48,444 nucleotides of DNA from Candidatus Thorarchaeota archaeon (GTDB lineage: Archaea > Asgardarchaeota > Thorarchaeia > Thorarchaeales > Thorarchaeaceae). The notes under the pieces are model-generated. The model made no database searches. It was not told the origin of the DNA and saw only the letters and a list, made by a program, of their open reading frames with translations. The position numbers were made by a program, and so were the translations under genes. The first letter of the stretch is position 1, and every line of letters begins with the position of its first letter. This document shows positions 7,966 to 16,191 of the stretch, one piece after another. Where the stretch lies: positions 1 through 48,444 of the forward strand of contig JABCSP010000001.1 in NCBI GenBank assembly GCA_018238825.1, written 5' to 3'.

Positions 7966-9228
7966 ATGGAGTGTATATTGATGGAAAAGCCTCTCGATAA
8001 ACTGTTTGACAAGTTCTTGCAGGGTCAAGGAATATTCAAAGATAGAGACGCACTGAGACCTACTTATGTCCCGGAGGATCTTCCTTATCGAGATGATCAG
8101 ATGGGGAGGATAGGGTCGATTCTTGGACCCGCCTTGCGTGGGGCACCACCTTCGAACATACTCTGTTACGGAAAGACTGGAACAGGAAAGACTGTTGTTT
8201 CAAGATATGTGCTTGATTTACTAGTTGATAAGGCTAAACAGAGCAATGTAAATGCGCCCCTTACAGCGCATGTCAATTGCCGTATTGTGGGAACAAATTA
8301 TCGGGTTCTCAAGACTCTTTGTGATGCCATTGGTGCTACAATGTCTGATGGGTCGGATGTTCCTTTTACTGGACTCCCAACTGATGAAATCAGATCTATC
8401 TTCAAAAAACGGCTTGAGTCAGAAACAAAGATTATGGTTGTAGTATTGGACGAAGTTGATAGTCTTGTAAAACGTGATGTAAATCAAGGTAATGATATCC
8501 TCTATGGTCTAACAAGAATGAATAGCGAGCTGGCAAAAAGTCGAATATCAATCATCGGAATTAGTAATGATCTTACGTTCAAAGACATGTTGGATCCAAG
8601 AGTCTTATCTACTCTTGGAGAAGAAGAGGTCATCTTTGCTCCGTACAACGCCGTTGAACTAAAGGGAATACTACAACAACGTGTAGAGATTGCCTTCAAT
8701 CCAGGCGTGATTGGAGATGAAGGAGTTATCAATCTCGTTGGAGCTTTGGCTGCGCAAGAACATGGGGATGCTCGACGTGCATTAGATTTGTTGAGAACTG
8801 CTGGAGAACTGGCAGAAAGACGGGGAGATGAAAAAGTAGTTCAGGATCATGTTCGAGATGCTCAGAAAGTAATCGAACGAGATGCTATCACTATAACTGT
8901 GAAAACTTTGCCAATGCAGTCAAAGGCGGTCCTGTTTGCTGTTTATGTGTTAGCGAACAAGGGACAAAGTGACATATTTACAGGCGAGTGCTTCAATGTA
9001 TATTCAGAGATTGCAAAAGCACTTTCTCTGGATACTCTCACACAGAGACGTGTTTCAGACCTGATATCAGAATTGGACATGCTTGGTTTGATTAATACAA
9101 CTGTAATCTCGAAGGGACGTTATGGTCGCACAAAGAAAATCAAAATGGCGGTCAGTAAAAAGCAGATAGGCGCAATCCTAGATGATGATTCCAGACTTAA
9201 CAAAGTTGCAAAAGATATCATGAGTTAG
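7966..9228 (+). CDS. cdc6: Orc1/Cdc6 replication initiator
   Basis: 420 aa. AAA+ Walker A GKTGTGKT, Walker B VVVLDEVD, C-terminal winged-helix region. An alternative ATG lies at 7981. Confidence 0.9.
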   Translation: MECILMEKPLDKLFDKFLQGQGIFKDRDALRPTYVPEDLPYRDDQMGRIGSILGPALRGAPPSNILCYGKTGTGKTVVSRYVLDLLVDKAKQSNVNAPLTAHVNCRIVGTNYRVLKTLCDAIGATMSDGSDVPFTGLPTDEIRSIFKKRLESETKIMVVVLDEVDSLVKRDVNQGNDILYGLTRMNSELAKSRISIIGISNDLTFKDMLDPRVLSTLGEEEVIFAPYNAVELKGILQQRVEIAFNPGVIGDEGVINLVGALAAQEHGDARRALDLLRTAGELAERRGDEKVVQDHVRDAQKVIERDAITITVKTLPMQSKAVLFAVYVLANKGQSDIFTGECFNVYSEIAKALSLDTLTQRRVSDLISELDMLGLINTTVISKGRYGRTKKIKMAVSKKQIGAILDDDSRLNKVAKDIMS

Positions 9229-10883
9229 TTCTGTTGTGATAAATCGTAGAAGAACTTGAGTTCTGGAGAACCTGTTCTAAGGTTCAAGAATGTGACAATT
9301 CCAGGTGTTGGGACTATACCCTGCTTACGCATGAAATCAGTCTGTGATTGAAATGTCCCTGAATTGATTATCTGTACTCCACGATAATTATCCACTGCAT
9401 TATGATGAGCATGACCAAAATGAACAACATCTGGTGGAGTATCAATCACCATCCAGTCACGGTGTAATGGCGCTAATTCCGTCTTTCCACCATAAATTGG
9501 AGCAAGATGACGTTTCTTCAATAGTTCTTTCATGGGCATCGCAGGTTTGGTGTAGGAAGCACCAGGAAGCATGGTTACAAGATCATCTAGACTGTCTCCA
9601 TGTGTTATTAGGACATTCACACCCTCAACAATCACCTGACTGGGGTCTCCAAGCATAATGACGTTATCCAATTCATAGAGAGGTTCTGCAAAAGTTCTCT
9701 GAATAGGTGGTTTGGGGAGAGCCTGGCGAGCTGCATCGTGATTTCCAGGGATACAGAATACTTTCACTCGTTTTGGGAGTTTTCGTAACTTGCTTGCAAT
9801 CAATGCATATTGATCATACAGACTTGTCACTTCTAGGTGGTATCTTTGACCAGGGTACACACTGATACCATCAACCAAATCTCCAGCAATAAAGAGATAT
9901 TTTGTGTTTTCGACCATAGTTTTGTCAGAATTATCAACATCCTTTCCGTTTAACCACGCAATAAACTGGTCAAGTTCATCACCAAGAAATTCCTGACTTC
10001 CACAGTGTAAATCAGAGATGAAAGCAGCATAGATATCTCTCTTTGCACGTCCAATTTGGCGTGCTGTAGGAATATCAGGAAACAATACATCATCTGCAAT
10101 CATTCTACCATCATTATCAACATAACCTGATATGCAAACAACCTCATCCAATAACAATGAGTTAGCTTTTTCTGAAAGGTTTTGACCCTTGAGTCCACTT
10201 AGTTTAGAAGGAATGACACAGATAATCGATTCATTTGCAACTTTGGATGAATTTCTACTATCTGTAGGATCCTCTTTTTGATACTCCTCAAGATCGATTA
10301 TTACATTCTGAGCCCTTGAAATATTCTTATCCCGGATTATTCCTAAAACCATTTGACTTGGTGGACGTCTACGCCGTGCACCATCACTATTCATTGTTCC
10401 AGAACGTTTTGTAGGACTTTTCCTGAGTTTTGCAACACTTGGAGAAACTGCATTTTGTGTATCAATCCGCGCCATGTAGATTTTCTTTATTCTATCAAAA
10501 CGATCTCTGAACATTTTTAGAAAATCATCTATAGTTCCCTCAGATCCAACTGCTTCATTATCTGGGTTTTTGTCTATTCTGAATTGCCAGTCAGATGCAA
10601 TAGTAACAGGTTCAGAAGTAGGTGGAGGTTCCGGATAGTCATCGTGAACCTCAGTGGGAAGTTCTATGGATTGTGAAAATGTGTCGTGTCCTTTGATGAG
10701 CGATTTAATATATTCCTTTGATAGAATAGATGGACTCTCAGCTGGACTCTTGACCAATATAACGGATTCAACAGTTTTCAAAGGAAACTCCAAGTTTATT
10801 ATGAATTCTAATGCATCAGGTGTGATTTGGAATCCGGACTCTATCAACAGAGCCAATATGTTGCGACGTATTGTAGATGTCAA
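9225..10883 (-). CDS. dp1: DNA polymerase D (PolD) small subunit DP1
   Basis: 552 aa. Calcineurin-like phosphoesterase motifs FISDLHCG, FIAGDLVDG, IPGNHDA, LITHGDS, HFGHAHHN. TTG start. Confidence 0.85.
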   Translation of the reverse strand: MTSTIRRNILALLIESGFQITPDALEFIINLEFPLKTVESVILVKSPAESPSILSKEYIKSLIKGHDTFSQSIELPTEVHDDYPEPPPTSEPVTIASDWQFRIDKNPDNEAVGSEGTIDDFLKMFRDRFDRIKKIYMARIDTQNAVSPSVAKLRKSPTKRSGTMNSDGARRRRPPSQMVLGIIRDKNISRAQNVIIDLEEYQKEDPTDSRNSSKVANESIICVIPSKLSGLKGQNLSEKANSLLLDEVVCISGYVDNDGRMIADDVLFPDIPTARQIGRAKRDIYAAFISDLHCGSQEFLGDELDQFIAWLNGKDVDNSDKTMVENTKYLFIAGDLVDGISVYPGQRYHLEVTSLYDQYALIASKLRKLPKRVKVFCIPGNHDAARQALPKPPIQRTFAEPLYELDNVIMLGDPSQVIVEGVNVLITHGDSLDDLVTMLPGASYTKPAMPMKELLKKRHLAPIYGGKTELAPLHRDWMVIDTPPDVVHFGHAHHNAVDNYRGVQIINSGTFQSQTDFMRKQGIVPTPGIVTFLNLRTGSPELKFFYDLSQQN

Positions 10884-11010
10884 TTGGTCATCAGTTGAAG
10901 AGAGTTGGGTTCTTGTTTTAAATATCTGCCATTATTGTAACGTGCGGGAAGTGTAATAAGCGCGCCTTTCACAAGCATCTTGTTTCCTGCTATCTCCAAG
11001 AGGTGATACT

Positions 11011-11988
11011 ATGGTAAACATCAGAACACTGCAACAAACAGGCGGAAAAAGTGGTAGCTCATTTCTCATTATTTTGCCAAAGGACTGGGTTGTGAGACAA
11101 AAGCTTAGCAAGGGTGACCCTGTCGTAGTAGCAGAACGTGAAGATGGTTGTCTGATAATAGACCCACGTCTTCCAAAAGCTGGAGAAACACGTTCTACCA
11201 CTGCAGAATTGGAGTATAACCTAAGATGGGAGATTACAAGTAGGTATCTTCTTGGTTATGATGAGATTCGTATTGTTAGCAAGGAACCAATAACTAATGT
11301 TCAAAGAGACGAACTGAAACAAGTTATCAAACGATTTGTTGCACTAGAGATAACAGAAGAAGATGACCACCAGATTATTCTTAGATGTCTTGTAGACCCT
11401 GCGACCCTTCCTGTAAGTACAGTAATGAGAAGGATGAATCAAATTGCATCTCGGATGATAATCGATTCATTGAATGTCTATATTGAAGGATCTCAAGAGG
11501 GGGCTGAAGAGGTCATACAACGTGATGAGGATGTAGACAGACTGTTCTTTTTGATAGTTAGAGAACTCAGGTCTGCTGTTCAATATCCAAGAATGAGTGA
11601 AGTGATGAAAATCACTCCTGTAGAGGCCCTTGATTACAGGTTGGCTGCACAGTATATTGAAAGAATCGCAGACTTAGCAGTTGATATTGCACAGAGAGTT
11701 GCTGAGCCCCTTGACAAGAAACTAGTAAAAAAATTACAACTCATTGGAGATACAGTGAAAGAGATGTTATCTGATTCTGTGAACAACCTCTTCAAATTTA
11801 ATTCTAAAAGAGTTACTAAGGTAATTGAAGCTGAGAGATGGTTAATTCAAGAAACTGCAAAACTAAGACAGGATATCTTAACATCACTAAATGGACAACC
11901 ACAAACTCAACTTTATGTTGTAGATAGTTTATTGAGAATGGGAGAGGCGGCCAAGGATATCACTGACCTTGCGTTACCTCACAAATAG
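11011..11988 (+). CDS. PhoU-family regulator with N-terminal AbrB/SpoVT DNA-binding domain
   Basis: 325 aa. N-terminal SFLIILPKDWVVRQKLSKGDPVVV swapped-hairpin motif plus helical PhoU-like repeats. Strong SD GAGGTGAT about 5 nt upstream of the ATG. Confidence 0.7.
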   Translation: MVNIRTLQQTGGKSGSSFLIILPKDWVVRQKLSKGDPVVVAEREDGCLIIDPRLPKAGETRSTTAELEYNLRWEITSRYLLGYDEIRIVSKEPITNVQRDELKQVIKRFVALEITEEDDHQIILRCLVDPATLPVSTVMRRMNQIASRMIIDSLNVYIEGSQEGAEEVIQRDEDVDRLFFLIVRELRSAVQYPRMSEVMKITPVEALDYRLAAQYIERIADLAVDIAQRVAEPLDKKLVKKLQLIGDTVKEMLSDSVNNLFKFNSKRVTKVIEAERWLIQETAKLRQDILTSLNGQPQTQLYVVDSLLRMGEAAKDITDLALPHK

Positions 11989-12000
11989 GGGAAAATCAAT

Positions 12001-13383
12001 TTGACTGACAAACTCTTTGGTACATCTGGAATTCGTGGTTCGATTGTTGAGAAATCGACAACTGACCTGGCATTAAATCTAGGTAGAGCGCTGGGTACTT
12101 TTTTGGAAGGAAAAGGCACTGTAGGAGTAGGTACTGATGCAAGAACCTCGAAGGATATGCTAAGAAATAGTCTTGTTGCAGGATTACTCTCAACAGGTGT
12201 TGATGTTGTAGACTTGGGAATCGCGCCAATGCCAACTGTGGCATATCATAGTCAAATCGAAGGAATTTCTGCATCTGTTGTAGTAACAGCAAGTCATAAT
12301 CCATCTGCAGATAATGGCTTCAAATTCTTCAATAATGGGAGAGAATTTGTCAGGAAAGAAGAGGTATTCCTAGAAACTTGTATCTCAAAAGGGCAATATC
12401 TCACCGCAAAATGGGATGAATGTGGCGAGATTCGATTTCTTGATATTAAAGAACAATATCTAACACATGTCAAGGATTTCTTGTCTAGTAGAGGTAAACA
12501 AAGCGTTGGCACTAAAGTCCTAGTGGATTTAGCAAATGGTGCCGCAACGGAATATACTCCGCATCTGCTTTTGGAGATGGGTTTCTCAGTTACTACAATG
12601 AATTCGCATCAAGATGGACATTTTCCAGGAAGACCTGCCGAGCCATCACCCAGAAACCTTGGAGATGCTATGAAAATGGCTGCGAACTCTGATTTTGCTG
12701 TAACAGTTTGCCATGACGGAGATGGTGACCGACTTGCAGTAATCGATGAACAAGGTGAATTCATAGATCAGAATCGTGTCATTGCACTCTTTGCCAGAGA
12801 TGAGGTCAAGAGAAATGGTGGAGGAATTGTAGTAGCTTCTATTGATACATCAAGTGTCATTGATGAACTTGTTATTGCAGAAGGAGGAACTGTAACCCGA
12901 ATGCCTTTGGGCTCTCTTCAAGAGTTTCTTACCACGGATAAAGGAAAGGATGTTGTCTTTGCTTCAGAACCATGGAAACCAATCTTTACCAAAATGGGTG
13001 CATGGATGGACGGAATCGCTGGAGCTGCACGTTTTGTACAATTGGTAGACGAGCTGGGTAATGGAAGCTGTACAAAATTAATGAAAACTATTCCAAAATA
13101 TCCAATATTAAGAGATTTCGTACCATGTCCTGATAAAATCAAGCCGAAATTCTTGCCTAAGGTGAAAGAGTTACTGGTGCCGAAGATGAGTGGAGTAGAC
13201 CAGATTCTGGAAGTTGACGGTATTCGGATAGAATGTACAGATGGATCGTACGTTCTGGTTAGAGTTTCAGGGACCGAACCCAAGGCTAGAGTATATGTTG
13301 GTGCAAAAGAACAAGCTACAGTCGACAAATTAGCTACACTTGCCAAGGATGTTATGGCGCAAGTCCTTGAAGAGCTCCAGTAA
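12001..13383 (+). CDS. glmM: Phosphohexomutase (phosphoglucosamine/phosphomannomutase family)
   Basis: 460 aa. Active-site TASHNPSADNGFKF and Mg site CHDGDGDRL. TTG start at 12001 (LFGTSGIRG N-terminus). Confidence 0.8.
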   Translation: MTDKLFGTSGIRGSIVEKSTTDLALNLGRALGTFLEGKGTVGVGTDARTSKDMLRNSLVAGLLSTGVDVVDLGIAPMPTVAYHSQIEGISASVVVTASHNPSADNGFKFFNNGREFVRKEEVFLETCISKGQYLTAKWDECGEIRFLDIKEQYLTHVKDFLSSRGKQSVGTKVLVDLANGAATEYTPHLLLEMGFSVTTMNSHQDGHFPGRPAEPSPRNLGDAMKMAANSDFAVTVCHDGDGDRLAVIDEQGEFIDQNRVIALFARDEVKRNGGGIVVASIDTSSVIDELVIAEGGTVTRMPLGSLQEFLTTDKGKDVVFASEPWKPIFTKMGAWMDGIAGAARFVQLVDELGNGSCTKLMKTIPKYPILRDFVPCPDKIKPKFLPKVKELLVPKMSGVDQILEVDGIRIECTDGSYVLVRVSGTEPKARVYVGAKEQATVDKLATLAKDVMAQVLEELQ

Positions 13384-13430
13384 GTGTTAAATTACAAACA
13401 TGTTGAAAGTTGGAGTAGAACTGCTCATTT

Positions 13431-13544
13431 GCCGGGGTCTCCTAGTGGCTATGGAGGCGGTCTCGAAAACCGTTGTGTACGCACGCGAGAGTTCAAAGGA
13501 AATCCACATTTCGTGGATTCGAACAAGTCTCTTCCCCGGCGCCA
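13431..13544 (+). tRNA. tRNA-Ser (anticodon CGA), class II, with a ~30-nt non-canonical intron in the T-loop and encoded CCA
   Basis: Hand fold. Acceptor GCCGGGG/CCCCGGC. D-arm TCCT-AGTGGCTA-TGGA. Anticodon arm GCGGT-CTCGAAA-ACCGT. Long variable arm TGTG-TACG-CACG-C. T-stem GAGAG/CTCTT interrupted at about 13497-13527. Discriminator G, then CCA. Mature length 84 nt. Confidence 0.75.
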
Positions 13545-13567
13545 TTTTCTTTTGTTCAGTCATATTC

Positions 13568-13909
13568 CTAAAATGTGAAGATAGAATATCCATCCTCTAC
13601 GAACTTCAACAAGTCACTGTGACCGCTCAATTCTCCTTTTATTGGAACACCAAGCTTCTGAGCTGCCTCAGTAGCTGAAAATGCTGTAGTACAGGCCTTG
13701 CATGCATGATCTATAATTCCAAGTTCCATAGCCTTTCCAAAGAGCGGGAGCTTGATTGAACCATCAGCAATCCCAATCAGTAGTTTGGGAGATGCGCACT
13801 CGAGAACTGTAGTGACTTCATGACCTTTCTCATGGAAGTTGACTGCATTCAGAAGTAGATGATATAGTTGCATCTTGTTATCGTCGGTTGCTAAGAATAC
13901 GTACTTCAT
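13568..13909 (-). CDS. DsrE/DsrF-like family protein
   Basis: 113 aa. Small alpha/beta protein with a pattern (VFLATDD..., GIIDHACKACTTAF, GYSIFTF) resembling DsrE-family sulfur-relay-like proteins. Confidence 0.5.
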   Translation of the reverse strand: MKYVFLATDDNKMQLYHLLLNAVNFHEKGHEVTTVLECASPKLLIGIADGSIKLPLFGKAMELGIIDHACKACTTAFSATEAAQKLGVPIKGELSGHSDLLKFVEDGYSIFTF

Positions 13910-13967
13910 TATAATTCACAAGAGATTAGGGAATAAAGATGATAATGAGCGTTACTACAGAATGAGA

Positions 13968-14055
13968 ATGGTGCGGAGGGCGAGATTTGAACTCGCGAAC
14001 TCCTACGAGACAGGGACCTAAACCCTGCGCCTTTAACCAAGCTGGGCAACCTCCG
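13968..14055 (-). tRNA. tRNA-Leu (anticodon TAG), class II, encoded CCA, no intron
   Basis: Reverse complement GCGGAGG-TT-GCCC-AGCTTGGTTAA-AGGC-G-CAGGG-TTTAGGT-CCCTG-TCTCGTAGGAGTTC-GCGAG-TTCAAAT-CTCGC-CCTCCGC-A-CCA. All stems pair; discriminator A73. Confidence 0.9.
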
Positions 14056-14113
14056 CATCTTGGAGATTTGGGGAGAAAGGACTCATTTTAACCGTTTTGT
14101 ATCGACTAAGTCT

Positions 14114-14257
14114 TCATTCGTCTACGGTTTCCCAAGTGTTACTACAACGTGGACAACGCCACTTTTTTCGATATTTTCCGCTCCCGACCATCTCTTTCTT
14201 AACAAGAGCGACTTCAGTGAATCCACAACGGGAACAGACAGCATTTTCTTCTTCCAT
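14114..14257 (-). CDS. Small zinc-ribbon protein (47 aa), below the ORF-track cutoff
   Basis: My translation: MEEENAVCSRCGFTEVALVKKEMVGSGKYRKKWRCPRCSNTWETVDE. Two CxxC pairs. Lies in an otherwise unexplained gap. Confidence 0.35.
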   Translation of the reverse strand: MEEENAVCSRCGFTEVALVKKEMVGSGKYRKKWRCPRCSNTWETVDE

Positions 14258-14453
14258 AGCATTCAACTCAATCTGGAGGAGGAATGTAAGTCATATCTAG
14301 TTTTCTTGAGTGTCCTATAAGGACATAAAGCGAGTCATGTCACAATGTTTTTATTCGGCTCGTTGGATGTCCGCGCGGTTCCTGTGGCCCGACCATGGAC
14401 CATTTCGTGATTCTCTGGACTCTTAGTGTGTCCAGTGCGAGTGTGATATTCAA

Positions 14454-15113
14454 ATGTCCTCAAGAAGTAGACAATCAGCAGCAAGAACCCGGGATAAATG
14501 GCGAGAGAAAGTCTGGTATCAGATTCTCGCACCGGAATATTTCGATAACAAGGAGATAGGTACAACTCCAGCAGGAAATGCAGATTTGTTGCTTGGACGA
14601 ACTGTTCAACCTACATTATATGATCTGACTGGAGATTTCGAGAAAATCCACGTCAAATTGAGATTCAAGATACTTGAGGTCGCTGGTCAACAGGCAAAAA
14701 CTACATTCTACGGGCATGAATGGAGTTCTGATTATCTTCGAGGACTCGTGAAAAGAGGTACATCCAGAATTGATTGGATTGGACCAATTCTAACAAAAGA
14801 CGATTATCTGATGCGAATTTCAGTCATTGTTTTCACCATCACTCGTGCAAAAAGTAGCCATGAGCATGCAGTTAGAAAAGCTGTGGAGAAAGTGATTAGG
14901 ACTCATGCAAAGAAACATGTTTTTGACGATCTAGTTCAAAAAGTAATTCTTGGAGAACTAGCTACCGATGTCTTTGAAGCTGTCAGAAAGATAATTCCAG
15001 TACGTGAATGTGAGATTCGAAAGAGTAAGGTGCTCAAGGGACCTGAAGAGGTCAAGACAAGGAGAGCACGACTCAGAAGAGGCACTGCAGCTGCAAAAGA
15101 AACAACAGAATAA
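14454..15113 (+). CDS. rps3ae: 30S ribosomal protein S3Ae (eS1)
   Basis: 219 aa. N-terminus SRQSAARTRDKWREKVWYQILAPEYF is typical of archaeal eS1. Confidence 0.9.
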   Translation: MSSRSRQSAARTRDKWREKVWYQILAPEYFDNKEIGTTPAGNADLLLGRTVQPTLYDLTGDFEKIHVKLRFKILEVAGQQAKTTFYGHEWSSDYLRGLVKRGTSRIDWIGPILTKDDYLMRISVIVFTITRAKSSHEHAVRKAVEKVIRTHAKKHVFDDLVQKVILGELATDVFEAVRKIIPVRECEIRKSKVLKGPEEVKTRRARLRRGTAAAKETTE

Positions 15114-15139
15114 TCTGCTGTACAATTATGGGGTGATAT

Positions 15140-15502
15140 TCACCCCTTCACATTTTCGAGTCCATGTAGAGATTGTAAGAGTAAGACCATAAGGTTAGCA
15201 AGCTTGGTCAATGCTTCAATATCGGATTCAGATTCTACAAGTTCATTCAGCGCGTTCAATTTGGCAATCAGGGTTGTTCTAAGTTCAGGAATCAATGTTC
15301 GAACAGCCTGTGTTTCGACTTCTTCATCTGAATCTGCATAAACTACACGTCGATCACATCGTACACAATAAATGTCATCACTCACCTTGAACAGAGGAGA
15401 ACCACACTGAGGACATGCATCTGCAAGCATTGTTGCTCCACGGCGGAGAAGCTCAGCCATCTTTTTGACCGAAGTATCATCTTTGTTATCCATTGCAAGC
15501 AC
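15140..15502 (-). CDS. UPF0148 / SSSCA1 (autoantigen p27)-family zinc-ribbon protein
   Basis: 120 aa. LLRRGATMLADACPQCGSPLF...CVRCD pattern followed by a helical tail. Confidence 0.7.
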   Translation of the reverse strand: MLAMDNKDDTSVKKMAELLRRGATMLADACPQCGSPLFKVSDDIYCVRCDRRVVYADSDEEVETQAVRTLIPELRTTLIAKLNALNELVESESDIEALTKLANLMVLLLQSLHGLENVKG

Positions 15503-15664
15503 TAAGATATTTTGTAGTGTTTACGATATAAGAGATGTTCGAACACATATCACCGTGCAAAATTAATGCGCCATTATGAAAACGTTGATATGGTAATTAT
15601 TAGTGATTGTCCTTGTTGATTCGCACTCCATTCGTGCGACAAGACTATTTCAGAGGTGAGTCCA

Positions 15665-15928
15665 TTGGACCCCGAAACTCAGAAGAACATCGATCAATCT
15701 AAACATCTTCTTAAACAGATATCCGAGGATTCCTCAGTTCCTAGGAACATCCGGCGCGCAGCCAATGAGGCTATTGCAGTCCTTGAAAACGAAACAGACT
15801 CTCCTGCCGTGAGAGCGCAGAACGCAATATCCATTCTGGATGAACCAAGTCAAGACCCAAATTGTCCTAATCATGCCAGGACCAAGATTTGGCACGTATC
15901 CAGCCTATTGGAGCCAATTCGTGATTAG
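15665..15928 (+). CDS. UPF0147-family protein
   Basis: ORF from GTG at 15656, but that GTG lies inside a GAGGTG SD (15653-15658). In-frame TTG at 15665 sits 6 nt after it. Family pattern VPRNIRRAANEAI...DPNCPNHARTKIW. Confidence 0.65.
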   Translation: MDPETQKNIDQSKHLLKQISEDSSVPRNIRRAANEAIAVLENETDSPAVRAQNAISILDEPSQDPNCPNHARTKIWHVSSLLEPIRD

Positions 15929-16191
15929 GCCAATTGAGGCCTCATCTATGAAGCGCAAAGTCAGCACCGCATATGGTAAAGGACTGGCACCGTTCATTGA
16001 TAGTTGTACAAACTTTGACACCAGAGTGATGTACGCCCAGAAACGGCACTGGGCACGACTCTGCGAGGTCAAGAGCTGTGTCTGGTCAACCTCACACCTT
16101 GGTTCCAGTTCCGGGTATTTAAGCACCTATCCAACTTTGTCCAAGTTTACGGCAGCTGTTAATCTCCCAATGACAGGGTCAGTGTTTACTT

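Noticed and set aside
12918-13346. 142-aa ORF antisense to the phosphohexomutase gene (also 11996-12304 and 12294-12512)
   Set aside because: They lie fully within a confidently identified CDS on the other strand and have no recognisable motifs.
13513-13524. GTGGATTCGAAC, which looks like the complement of a T-arm and suggested a minus-strand tRNA
   Set aside because: No acceptor, D or anticodon arms can be built on the minus strand around it. On the plus strand it is the 3' half of the intron hairpin plus the central BHB helix of tRNA-Ser.
13384-13678. Three short ORFs (13384-13578 +, 13387-13593 -, 13400-13678 +)
   Set aside because: They overlap the tRNA-Ser gene and the 3' end of the DsrE-like gene. 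The G+C-rich tRNA sequence simply lacks stop codons.
13431-14257. Possible integrated element, since a DsrE-like gene and a small zinc-ribbon ORF are flanked by tRNA-Ser and tRNA-Leu
   Set aside because: There is no integrase, transposase or phage/plasmid gene. I saw no direct repeat of a tRNA 3' end. The segment is under 1 kb.
15929-16191. Identification of the gap as RNase P RNA or SRP RNA
   Set aside because: I found only partial resemblances: AAAGTCAGC versus the P4 GAAAGUCC motif, and CAGAAACGGC versus ACAGAA..CGGC. There is no GGAA-tetraloop helix-8 motif, the length is too short for a type A RNase P or SRP RNA, and the CAGAAACGGC segment is sequestered in a local hairpin. I keep it only as an unclassified candidate.
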